From the NCBI GenBank assembly GCA_013154035.1, contig JAADDH010000013.1, forward strand, positions 1 through 40,410: a stretch of DNA of 40,410 bases. Reading direction: 5' to 3'. This document shows positions 1 to 7,937 of the stretch, one piece after another. Both the position numbers and the translations under genes were made by a program. The stretch comes from Candidatus Iainarchaeum sp. (GTDB taxonomy: Archaea > Iainarchaeota > Iainarchaeia > JAADDC01). Every line of letters begins with the position of its first letter. The first letter of the stretch is position 1. The notes beneath the pieces are model-generated. The model searched no databases, had not been told where the DNA came from, and was given only the letters and a program-made list of their open reading frames with translations.

Positions 1-228
1 GTGGCGGCGGAGGGACTGGACGAAACCTGGCTGGGCAAGAGAATAACGGAGGAAAATGTGGACGAGCTCATTGCACTCGCCGAGGAGCATTCGTTCAACC
101 CCGCGGGCGAAGGGGGCGAGTACGAGACCTTCGTGGTTAAAACCCCGCTCTACGAGCTGAGCGTGTCCGGCAAGGCTGAAGGCAAGCGTTTCATAATCGA
201 GGAGGTGAATATCCTTGATTCAGATTAA
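1..228 (+). CDS. Unidentified protein, C-terminal fragment (ORF runs off the left edge)
   Basis: The frame is open from base 1 to TAA at 226-228. Its 3' end carries the SD (GGAGGTGA, 201-208) of the next gene, which suggests an operon. No recognisable motif. Confidence 0.4.
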   Translation: MAAEGLDETWLGKRITEENVDELIALAEEHSFNPAGEGGEYETFVVKTPLYELSVSGKAEGKRFIIEEVNILDSD

Positions 229-1414
229 AAATGTGCGGTTCTTCTACGACGGTCAGAGGATTGCGGAGAACGTAGATGTTGTTATCGACGACGAGGATAA
301 TGCGCGCGTCGGTCAGGACAAGACAGATCTGGTCGTTGACGGATCGGGAAAGATACTCATGCCCGCCTTCTTCAACGCACACACGCACCTTCCCATGATC
401 ATCATGCGCGGGAACCATGAGGACCAGTACTTCCACGACTGGCTGGCGGGTGTCTGGAAGGTAGAGGAAAAAATCACGCCTGAGATCGTCTATCATGCTT
501 CTGTCGTTTCAATCGCCGAAAACCTGCGAGGCGGCGTTACTTCAGCCATATCCATGTACTTCTTCTACGAGGAGACGGCACGTGCGGTGGACGAGTTCCG
601 ACTACCCTACTACATCGGGCCCGTCTTCGTTGATGACCACAAGATGGGCGATCGCGTTTCCTCCGCCGAATCCTTCTTCCGAAGGCGGTGGAACTACGTT
701 GTCCCCACGATCTTCTCCCACGCGCCCTACACCTGCTCCCCAGAAACGCTGGAAACGGTTGCCGAACTGAAGGAGAAATACGATGTCCCCCACCAGATCC
801 ACGTTTCCGAGACGCGCGAGGAAGTGGTAGATATAAAGCGGAAGTATGGGCTCTATCCAGCCGAATATGTGGATAGGCACGTTCCTCTGGACGAAAAAAC
901 GACCCTCGTTCACGGTGGTTGGCTGACGAATGGCGAACTGGATCTTATCGCTAGAAAGGGTGCCGCTCTCGTCCACTGTCCGGTATCCAACGCAAAACTA
1001 GCTACCCATGGCTTCTTCCCCTGGCGCGAGGCGCAAGAGCGGGGCATTAAGATCCTTCTTGGCACGGATTCCCAGGTGAGCAACAACACGCAGGACATGT
1101 TCATGGAGATGCGCATGGCTGCCCTCACTGCCAAGAACAGATACTGGGATGCGACGGTTGCCCCGGTTCAGGAGGTGCTCTCGGCGGCGAGAGGTCCCGG
1201 CTGGATGTTAGTAGATATTTCAGGCCTGCGCTTCTTCCCTGCGACCAAAAACAACATTCTGGCGAACCTGGTCTTCAACGGACACTCCGATCTTGTTACT
1301 CATGTGATTCTGGACGGAAGAGTACGTTATCCATTTGACGAAAAAAAGGAGAAAATGCTGGATCGGTCCAAGGAGTTCCTGCTGGGTAAACTCACGGATC
1401 TTTACGATATCTGA
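215..1414 (+). CDS. Amidohydrolase-superfamily deaminase (MTA/SAH deaminase / chlorohydrolase-like)
   Basis: 399 aa. Metal-binding HxH motif in MPAFFNAHTHLPM, then HQIHVSETREE, LVHCP and LGTDS motifs typical of the MtaD/SsnA/guanine-deaminase family. TTG start lies 6 nt after GGAGGTGA. Confidence 0.8.
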   Translation: MIQIKNVRFFYDGQRIAENVDVVIDDEDNARVGQDKTDLVVDGSGKILMPAFFNAHTHLPMIIMRGNHEDQYFHDWLAGVWKVEEKITPEIVYHASVVSIAENLRGGVTSAISMYFFYEETARAVDEFRLPYYIGPVFVDDHKMGDRVSSAESFFRRRWNYVVPTIFSHAPYTCSPETLETVAELKEKYDVPHQIHVSETREEVVDIKRKYGLYPAEYVDRHVPLDEKTTLVHGGWLTNGELDLIARKGAALVHCPVSNAKLATHGFFPWREAQERGIKILLGTDSQVSNNTQDMFMEMRMAALTAKNRYWDATVAPVQEVLSAARGPGWMLVDISGLRFFPATKNNILANLVFNGHSDLVTHVILDGRVRYPFDEKKEKMLDRSKEFLLGKLTDLYDI

Positions 1415-2148
1415 TCATTCTTCAATTCTTCGAGATGTTCCTCAATGGCTTTCCTCATTGCGCGCATGTATATGCTCCTAATTCTGCTCGCAAAACTGCC
1501 GGGGATCTCCTTCTTCTGTAATGCCTTCAGTGCAAGATATGTTTTCACGACCTCTTCTGGCGGAGCGTTCTTTATGTGATATTTGAAGCGTTCTGGCGCT
1601 TCTTCCCTTAGCCACATTTCCCATGCAGGCGTATATCTTTTGAGAAATGCTGCAGCAATACTCCCGGCGCTCGATCCCATTATTGCGAGGTATTCTGGTC
1701 GAATTCGCCCGATCTTGTCCATCTGTATCGCAGCCATTGACATACTCAGGCTTCCCCATCTTATGATGTGCTTAGGGAATGGATCCTCTTCCTTGTCCCA
1801 CTCTGCCTCGCTCTCGGTGCGTTTCATGTTCATAACGGCCTCTTTGGCCCTCTCCTTGTAAGATTTCCCATATGCGTACCTGTCTCCGAACCAGTCAAGC
1901 CCGAAGTTCCAGAGAACATCGCTTGCATGCTTGAGCAGTTCCCTCTCGTCGTATTTTTTGGCAATCTCCTTGAGATCTATGCCCTTCTTCTTTGCATACT
2001 TCCTAATCGCGAGATCGAGGGCAAGTTCGTGGCGGTCTGGTACCATCTTTCTCGGCTTCCACGATGCGCGCCGTGCCTTGCCTTCCACCTTCTTGGCACC
2101 CTGCTTCCCAATTTCGAAACCCGACTTCAGTTTTTCCTTGACTACCAC
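1402..2148 (-). CDS. Hypothetical protein, Lys-rich N-terminus, helical
   Basis: 248-aa ORF with an ATG start, divergent from taw1 across a 76-nt spacer. Composition looks coding. I recognise no family. Confidence 0.55.
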   Translation of the reverse strand: MVVKEKLKSGFEIGKQGAKKVEGKARRASWKPRKMVPDRHELALDLAIRKYAKKKGIDLKEIAKKYDERELLKHASDVLWNFGLDWFGDRYAYGKSYKERAKEAVMNMKRTESEAEWDKEEDPFPKHIIRWGSLSMSMAAIQMDKIGRIRPEYLAIMGSSAGSIAAAFLKRYTPAWEMWLREEAPERFKYHIKNAPPEEVVKTYLALKALQKKEIPGSFASRIRSIYMRAMRKAIEEHLEELKNDQIS

Positions 2149-2224
2149 ATCTCAATATGCGTTTCTGCAAATGAATACGTGCTTCCTGCGATGGGTTTTA
2201 ACACCGTTTTATTCCTTTTCCATC

Positions 2225-3241
2225 ATGGTACTCACGGTTCGCGAGGACATAAAGAGGGCGCTTGAGGACGCGGGTTACCGCATATACAACCATTCTGGCG
2301 TGGAAATCTGCACATGGACGAAGAAGGCGCTTACGGAGGGCGAGTTCTGCTACAAGAACAAGTTTTATGGCATTGACACGCACCGATGCATGCAGATCAG
2401 CCAGGCCGTGGCATGGTGCACTAATCGTTGCATCTACTGCTGGCGCGCCAATGAGGACTTCATGCCTGGCGCGAATATGCTGCCGAAGGATGAAGTGGAT
2501 CCTCCCGGTGAGATCCTTGAGCGACTGAGGGAGCTGCGGGCAAAGCTCCTTTCTGGCTTCGGCGGCAATCCAAAGGTGGATCCAAAGATGTACGAGGAGG
2601 CACTCCTCCCTAACCACGTGACATTCTCGCTAATGGGAGAACCGCTTCTCTACCCCTACGTGCCGGAGAGCATCCAGTATTTGCGCAAGAACTGGCCGTG
2701 GATAAAGAGCATATTCATCGTTTCCAACGGTCAGGTGCCCGAAGAGGTCCAGCGCATGAAGGAGATGAACGTCTGGCCAACTCAGTTCTATATCTCCTTT
2801 ACCTCGCCGAATTCCGAGATTTACAGAAAGGTATCGCACCCCATATATCCGGACTACTGGGAACGCTTCCTCAGAACGCTGGACATCCTCTCTGACGCCC
2901 CCGTGCGGAAGGTGGCGAGGATCACGCTAATCCGTGGCTACAACGACTGCTGCTACGATGAGTGGGCGGATCTCATCAACCGCTTCAACCCGCATTTCGT
3001 CGAGGTAAAGGCGTACATGTACATTGGCCGTTCTCGCCAGCGTTTAAGTGAGGAGAATATGCCAACGCATCAGTATATCAAAGAGTGGGCTCGCGGTCTT
3101 GAGGAGCATTTGGACGGCTTTGAATACATGGACGAGCACGTGGCGAGCAGGATCGTCGTTCTGAAGAATAAGAGGAATGGAATGGACATAGATCCGATCA
3201 TTCGTGGGTCGATACCGAATCTAGAATCTCGTAGTACGTGA
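2225..3241 (+). CDS. taw1: tRNA 4-demethylwyosine synthase (radical SAM, Taw1/TYW1)
   Basis: Radical-SAM CxxxCxxC motif in AWCTNRCIYCWR. The N-terminal Cys-containing region (GVEICTW...EFCYKNKFYGIDTHRCMQ) is typical of TYW1/Taw1. The ORF-track extension 1931-2224 is low-complexity antisense of the neighbour. ATG at 2225 gives about 338 aa. Confidence 0.9.
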   Translation: MVLTVREDIKRALEDAGYRIYNHSGVEICTWTKKALTEGEFCYKNKFYGIDTHRCMQISQAVAWCTNRCIYCWRANEDFMPGANMLPKDEVDPPGEILERLRELRAKLLSGFGGNPKVDPKMYEEALLPNHVTFSLMGEPLLYPYVPESIQYLRKNWPWIKSIFIVSNGQVPEEVQRMKEMNVWPTQFYISFTSPNSEIYRKVSHPIYPDYWERFLRTLDILSDAPVRKVARITLIRGYNDCCYDEWADLINRFNPHFVEVKAYMYIGRSRQRLSEENMPTHQYIKEWARGLEEHLDGFEYMDEHVASRIVVLKNKRNGMDIDPIIRGSIPNLESRST

Positions 3242-3875
3242 TGTTGCGGATGTGCATGATTGCAATGGCGTCTGCTGCGGCGAATAGCAGTCCGGCGGCT
3301 GTTGGTAGGATGGCCACGTAGATTATGTAGAATACTGTAAAGGCTATGCCAACTGCGAAGAGCGTTATGTATTTTCTGCGGCCGATGGTGTGCGCCTCCT
3401 TTACGGCTGTTTCCCACCCCTTTTGTGCGGCAATGTATGGTGCGAGGCTTAGCAACACGGTTGTTAGGTATGCACATATGAATACAATTAGCCCTACGTC
3501 TGCCGCCCACTCAGTCCCGGTTGATATTGAGTATACTGCTGCGGCGACGAGCGCGAGGGTTCCAACAATCATAGGCACCATTGTGAAGACTACACCTATT
3601 CCTATGTCTGCCCAGGACTGCCGCACGTTGCCAATAATTTGCTCTATCGATGTTTGTTTTTCCTCAGATGTGTTCTTCGTAATTGCTGCGCCGAGAAGTA
3701 AGTATGTGATTATAAGCACAGTTGTGCCAACGCTCCCAGCGATCTCTCTGCTTATCGGCGCTATTACCATGTATGCTACACTGGCTATTGCAATTGCTAC
3801 TGCGTACGTTGCAAGTCCTGCTACTGCCAATGTTCCAGCGTTCTTCCACCAAGCCCTTGCGGCTTTAATTATCAT
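3198..3875 (-). CDS. Polytopic membrane protein, unknown function
   Basis: 225 aa with about 6 hydrophobic segments. Its start overlaps the stop of the upstream gene (ATGA at 3872-3875). Confidence 0.6.
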   Translation of the reverse strand: MIIKAARAWWKNAGTLAVAGLATYAVAIAIASVAYMVIAPISREIAGSVGTTVLIITYLLLGAAITKNTSEEKQTSIEQIIGNVRQSWADIGIGVVFTMVPMIVGTLALVAAAVYSISTGTEWAADVGLIVFICAYLTTVLLSLAPYIAAQKGWETAVKEAHTIGRRKYITLFAVGIAFTVFYIIYVAILPTAAGLLFAAADAIAIMHIRNITYYEILDSVSTHE

Positions 3876-4228
3876 TGAATCACCGTGAGTGGTACCGTTT
3901 TTTCACTCTCCTGAATCACGTAATCGTAGTTCTCCTCGTGCTCCATTCCCACTACTCGCAATTCGTACCTGCCGGGTGTTGTTGTGGGCCTTGCAAATAT
4001 TGTGAACACAATTGTCTTGGATTCCCCTGGCTTTAGCGTCCCAATTCGTCTCTCATCTCTGTGTACGAATCCGCCAGTGTTTAGTGCGAGCTCGTGAGGT
4101 GTTTCTACGGTTACAGATACAAGCCGTGGTTCTGAGGACTTGTTTGTTACGGTGACTTCAAGCGTTACGCGCCCGGACTCATGGAGAACAAGCTTGTATG
4201 GGCTAATCAGTGTTCTGATACTAAGCAT
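3872..4228 (-). CDS. Small beta-sandwich (CARDB/NEW3-like) protein, no signal peptide
   Basis: ATG at 4228 sits about 26-33 nt downstream of a TTTTATAG box on the minus strand. 118 aa with the pattern VTLEVTVTN...LKPGESKTIVFTI...PGRYELRV, typical of Ig-like/CARDB-type domains. Confidence 0.6.
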   Translation of the reverse strand: MLSIRTLISPYKLVLHESGRVTLEVTVTNKSSEPRLVSVTVETPHELALNTGGFVHRDERRIGTLKPGESKTIVFTIFARPTTTPGRYELRVVGMEHEENYDYVIQESEKTVPLTVIQ

Positions 4229-4278
4229 ACAGTAAATACGTCGTTCTGCTATAAAACAGAATCGGAGTGAGTGGGAAC

Positions 4279-4305
4279 CCCGAGGGTGTGGTCCACACCC
4301 TCGGG
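4279..4305. promoter_or_regulatory. 27-bp perfect palindrome (12-bp stem, 3-nt loop) plus a third direct copy of the half-site
   Basis: CCCGAGGGTGTG-GTC-CACACCCTCGGG at 4279-4305. The half-site recurs as CGAGAGGTGTG at 4311-4321. It lies in the 103-nt spacer between the Zn-ribbon gene stop (4332) and the TATA box of the next gene. Confidence 0.5.
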
Positions 4306-4331
4306 AGCCTCGAGAGGTGTGAGGCGCATGA

Positions 4332-4535
4332 TCAAAGCCTCGCCACGGCCGCTTCCACGACGATATTTCGCCTGCCCTCACGCCGCACCGCGCGCCGATA
4401 GCACTCAGGGCACATTCGAATGCCCCTATGGGTCACTGCCAGGTCGCTGCGTATTATCTTGCCGCAGACCTCACATCTCGTTGCTTCCTCTGGGCGAAGA
4501 GGAACCTGGGTGATTTCGCACCTGAGCATATCCAT
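4332..4535 (-). CDS. Small zinc-ribbon protein
   Basis: C-x15-CxxC-x16-CxxC (CEITQ...CEVCG...CPECY). I prefer ATG 4535 over GTG 4580 because the TATA-like GATATATAAATAAC box (4587-4600) is too close to 4580. GAGGAGG lies upstream of 4535. Confidence 0.55.
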   Translation of the reverse strand: MDMLRCEITQVPLRPEEATRCEVCGKIIRSDLAVTHRGIRMCPECYRRAVRREGRRNIVVEAAVARL

Positions 4536-4641
4536 TTCCCGGTCGTCCTCCTCGCCTCCATCGCCCCGTCTGTATAACACGAAGGTTATTTATATATCTT
4601 TCGCAAGCATTCTTTTTCTATAACAAAATAAGGAGTTTGGG

Positions 4642-5154
4642 GTGTCGATTATGTATAAACGCTATGGAATGAAGCATCCGGAGGGGAGATTGGTTCGTAG
4701 CGAGTGGACAATCCGTTTGATGGATCTTCCCCCAGAGATGTTGTCTCGTAAGCGCCAGTTGCTTCGGTGGGTGGCAATATCGCTTGGATTAATTACGCCA
4801 GGCGACGAGCGAGCCGGAATTATTGATGTGCTTGATGCCATGTTTCACTATGTTTTCTCTAAGGATGTTGAGCCCACCGCGGATGATATTCTGTTCTACG
4901 TGAATATGCGCAGGAAGGAGCGGGGCGAGAAGCCAGTGGTTCTCGAAGCGGTTCGCTACCACCTTCGCAGACTTGAGGGTATGGGCATAGTTGAGAGAAC
5001 GAAGGGGCGTGGCGGGACGTATCGCTTCACACGCGCGCTCGATTCGTCTCCCTCTGACCCAGCGGCATTCGTTGATTCCGTGTTTGCCCAGGTTTCTCAG
5101 TCACGCGCTGTTATTCGGCGTGCCGTGGGCGCTCTTGCGAGTTTGTATAAGTAG
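4642..5154 (+). CDS. Winged-helix transcriptional regulator
   Basis: 170 aa. The C-terminal half reads AVRYHLRRLEGMGIVERTKGRGGTYRF, a recognition helix plus wing. GTG start lies 6 nt after AGGAG (4631-4635). ATG 4651 is an alternative start. Confidence 0.65.
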   Translation: MSIMYKRYGMKHPEGRLVRSEWTIRLMDLPPEMLSRKRQLLRWVAISLGLITPGDERAGIIDVLDAMFHYVFSKDVEPTADDILFYVNMRRKERGEKPVVLEAVRYHLRRLEGMGIVERTKGRGGTYRFTRALDSSPSDPAAFVDSVFAQVSQSRAVIRRAVGALASLYK

Positions 5155-5589
5155 CCCCGTCGCGCCGAGTGCTGCGCAGAACATTCCGGCCGCTGCGGGC
5201 CCACTACATCCGATTAATGGGCTAATTGCTACGAGCGTTGCCGGAAGTGTTAGTCCCCGCGTCCATTTTCCTCTAATTTCGTCCAGTGTCGCCACAATCG
5301 CCACGATTATTGCTGGCAGTATGTATATGTGTTCGTTCATGAGCACGTATGCGGTAAGATACGTTGCTACCCCGAGCGCCACGCTTGTTTGCCCCCTCCC
5401 CCGTATTGGCAGTTTTCCTGCTGCGATGCCTACTGCGACGGTGGCCACGCTCGGATTGGTTGACGCGCCTCCGAGAATTGCGCCTGCGATTACCGCTGCA
5501 GATCTGGAAATTGCTCCATTTTCTGCTGTCGCTGCAATGCCTGCGAGCAGACCGGATATGCCTGCTGCGATAACGACCCACAGCATCAT
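5101..5589 (-). CDS. Gly/Ala-rich polytopic membrane protein
   Basis: ATG at 5589 overlaps the stop of the upstream ORF (ATGA, 5586-5589). About 162 aa with 4-5 hydrophobic segments. The longer ORF-track version (to 5823) is a basic, low-complexity extension that overlaps the upstream gene. Confidence 0.55.
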   Translation of the reverse strand: MMLWVVIAAGISGLLAGIAATAENGAISRSAAVIAGAILGGASTNPSVATVAVGIAAGKLPIRGRGQTSVALGVATYLTAYVLMNEHIYILPAIIVAIVATLDEIRGKWTRGLTLPATLVAISPLIGCSGPAAAGMFCAALGATGLLIQTRKSAHGTPNNSA

Positions 5590-5990
5590 TCGTTCACCAC
5601 GGTTGCTCGCCCGTTTACGTCGAGGACAATGTTTGTGTTTCCTGGCCGAATTGCCCGCATGGCTGTGGTTATGTGGTCTACTGGTTTCATCGGGTTGCTT
5701 GCCGTGACGATCACGCTGATCTCCGGGTGAACAAGCAGTGTTTCGGCGATTGCTCCCAGAATCTCGCGGGTACTGCCGTACTCTATGTTTATTGCGGCAA
5801 AAATGCTGGTGCCGTCCTTCCACGCACAGTCTATATGTGCGGCACTCTGCCTGTAGTTTTTCACGCTTTTGAACCCGAGATCGTCCCCCATCTTGCAGAA
5901 GTATTCCTTCACCGCATCGCGGTCGAACGGGTTTTGCACGGCCGATCTAAGCGCACGTAGATCTGCAATGCTTCGTGCTACGGGATCCAT
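5586..5990 (-). CDS. Hypothetical cytosolic protein, possible PD-(D/E)xK-like fold
   Basis: 134 aa. The strand pattern HIDCAW / AAINIEYG / ISVIVTAS is vaguely nuclease-like. Translationally coupled to the downstream membrane protein. Confidence 0.5.
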   Translation of the reverse strand: MDPVARSIADLRALRSAVQNPFDRDAVKEYFCKMGDDLGFKSVKNYRQSAAHIDCAWKDGTSIFAAINIEYGSTREILGAIAETLLVHPEISVIVTASNPMKPVDHITTAMRAIRPGNTNIVLDVNGRATVVNE

Positions 5991-6001
5991 ACTTTTAATC
6001 G

Positions 6002-6619
6002 GTGCTGAGTTATTATAATATGCCCTACTTTTCCGACGAAGATGGCGAGTGGATGGTTCGTGCCGCTCGCCGCGTTCTTGAGGAGTATCTTATTCGTGGC
6101 CGCCGTGTTGTGCCCGAACCTCCTACGGGGAAGCTTTCTCGCGAGTTTGGCGTGTTCACAACGCTTAAGACATACCCGTCCGGGGATCTACGCGGTTGCA
6201 TTGGCTACCCGTATCCTATAAAGCCTCTTAACGTCGCCCTAGCAGAAACTGCAATTCTCGCTACCACTGAAGATCCTCGTTTTCCTCCAGTCTCGCCCGA
6301 TGAGCTTGACTCTCTCATAGTGGAGGTTTCTGCCCTTACTCCGCCCCAACGTCTTGATGTGCCAAAGGGTGAGGTGCCGGAGCACATCGTTGTGGGCAAG
6401 CACGGGCTAATCATCCGTAACGGTGCCTATTCTGGCCTGCTCCTCCCCCAGGTTCCCATAGAGGAGGGTTGGGATGTGGGTGAGTTTCTTGCATATGCCT
6501 CACTAAAGGCAGGACTGCCGCCGGATGCCTGGACCTGGCCGAATACTGAGATATATACGTTTACTGCAGAGGTATTTGCCGAAACCGAGCCGAATGGACA
6601 AGTTAGGAGGGTGATGTGA
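6002..6619 (+). CDS. AMMECR1-domain protein
   Basis: LRGCIGYPYP and TEDPRFPPV motifs are characteristic of AMMECR1. GTG 6002 or ATG 6020 could be the start. Confidence 0.85.
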   Translation: MLSYYNMPYFSDEDGEWMVRAARRVLEEYLIRGRRVVPEPPTGKLSREFGVFTTLKTYPSGDLRGCIGYPYPIKPLNVALAETAILATTEDPRFPPVSPDELDSLIVEVSALTPPQRLDVPKGEVPEHIVVGKHGLIIRNGAYSGLLLPQVPIEEGWDVGEFLAYASLKAGLPPDAWTWPNTEIYTFTAEVFAETEPNGQVRRVM

Positions 6620-7053
6620 TGGAGTGGAAGCATATTCATGGCATCGTTCTGTTCATCCTGGTATTTTTCCTTGTGGATCTATTGCTCGATGTATTGGCAC
6701 TTTTTGGATTTACTGGGTTCTTCATGACTGTTTCCAAAGAAGCTGGCAGGATCGTCGTTCACGGCAGTGACGTTCTTGTATTCCTGCTTTCTGTGCCCAT
6801 TGCCCTCGCGTTGCACATTCTCTGGTATCGTGGCCGCTGGAGTTGGTTTAGCCAGCGCTCAGAGATCCATAGAAATGTATTCTATGTGTTCTTGGTGCTG
6901 TATCTCGTTCTGTTTTTTGCCTTACTCTATGCTGGGGCGGGGGCCTGCCATGCCTCTTGCTCTTCAGGTCCTGTAAGCAGTTGTACTGTGGATTATGGTC
7001 CGTTTGGTGTTAATGTCGTGTATTCGTGCAGGACACCGACGCTCAATCCATAA
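6616..7053 (+). CDS. Membrane protein with Cys-rich C-terminal tail
   Basis: The start overlaps the AMMECR1 stop (GTG 6616 / ATG 6619 against TGA 6617-6619). 3-4 TM segments. The tail is CHASCSSGPVSSC...SC. Confidence 0.5.
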   Translation: MMEWKHIHGIVLFILVFFLVDLLLDVLALFGFTGFFMTVSKEAGRIVVHGSDVLVFLLSVPIALALHILWYRGRWSWFSQRSEIHRNVFYVFLVLYLVLFFALLYAGAGACHASCSSGPVSSCTVDYGPFGVNVVYSCRTPTLNP

Positions 7054-7615
7054 TTAGCGTTGTTGTGGTTGCGGGCTCCCCATCTACCGTTATTTTTGCT
7101 GTTGCCGCCGCTTCGCTGAGTGTTCCGCATACGCTAACCGTTTTTTCGCCATTCGCGTAAACGGATATCTTTTGTGGATTGCCACTTACTCCGTTCCCCT
7201 GGATGTTTATCAGCACAATTTTCTGGCGGTTTGTGGTATTTTTCAAGGTTAGATTAATGCAGAAGTTTGGTTTTACTATGTGGACCGCAGACGTAGTTAC
7301 GTTAATTCCGTTGGCGGTGCCACTGTTTTCCACCTTGCTTAACTGGGAGGATACTGTTTCAAGCGCCTTGGACAGCGTTTTCACACTGGATTCGAGGTAT
7401 TGCAGGCGAGCGTAAAGTTCGCTATTTTGGGAGATCTGCGCCTGGAGCGCTTTGCTTGTCATGCTGTATTTCTCCTGAATGTCTTGAAGCTTGCTTGTGC
7501 AGTTAGTGCTCTGCATACTGCTTCCGAGTATGTAGAATACGGGGGCAGAGAGAATTACCCCCACGGCGAACGCCAGCCATATTTTTTTCCAGGGAGTCTC
7601 TTCACTGCCCTCCAC
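7043..7615 (-). CDS. Membrane-anchored coiled-coil protein with beta-rich, sequon-bearing ectodomain
   Basis: 190 aa. N-terminal TM segment (IWLAFAVGVILSAPVFYIL), then a heptad-like region, then a C-terminal domain with NCT, NVT, NLT and NTT sequons. Confidence 0.55.
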   Translation of the reverse strand: MEGSEETPWKKIWLAFAVGVILSAPVFYILGSSMQSTNCTSKLQDIQEKYSMTSKALQAQISQNSELYARLQYLESSVKTLSKALETVSSQLSKVENSGTANGINVTTSAVHIVKPNFCINLTLKNTTNRQKIVLINIQGNGVSGNPQKISVYANGEKTVSVCGTLSEAAATAKITVDGEPATTTTLIMD

Positions 7616-7907
7616 TGGGTACCGCCTCGCCAGCCCCTTGTTCCTGGGGAGCTTCCTCCTCTCCTACGGGGATTTCAACGGTTCTAACTCCTCCGTCCGG
7701 AGTTTTGTACACGATCGTAATTGTTCCCACTGCTTCCTGCGCGTCCGCCAGCTGCTGCAGCCATTCCAGCTGACTCTTCTTCATCACAGTTATCATGCCC
7801 TTGAATATGGCGTCAATAGGCTCAAACCCCGCGGATTTCAGTGCTTCCAGCGTTTTTATCACTTCTTCTTCGGCCTTCATGCAATCACCATAAAATACTA
7901 GTTCCAC
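7602..7907 (-). CDS. Small hypothetical protein with acidic C-terminus
   Basis: The ORF overlaps the downstream gene by 14 nt. The start is GTG 7907 or, more likely, ATG 7880 (MKAEEE...), given the TTTAAA box at 7911-7918. Confidence 0.5.
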   Translation of the reverse strand: MELVFYGDCMKAEEEVIKTLEALKSAGFEPIDAIFKGMITVMKKSQLEWLQQLADAQEAVGTITIVYKTPDGGVRTVEIPVGEEEAPQEQGAGEAVPSGGQ

Positions 7908-7937
7908 GGCTTTAAACGTTGTTCCCCATATTCCTAC

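Noticed and set aside
1931-2224. N-terminal extensions in the ORF track for taw1 (1931-2224), aIF2-alpha (24062-24133), PCNA1 (19590-19703), the Nudix gene (25862-25894) and ZPR1 (39568-39723).
   Set aside because: The extensions overlap upstream genes or promoters and are low-complexity. In each case an internal ATG with an SD, or with an ATGA/TGATG coupling, gives the canonical family N-terminus.
4581-4641. An AT-rich 60-nt spacer (TTATTTATATATC...TTTTTCTATAACAAAATAAGG) considered as a replication origin or DUE.
   Set aside because: It is too short and has no flanking ORB-like repeats. It is fully explained as back-to-back TATA boxes plus the SD for two divergent genes.
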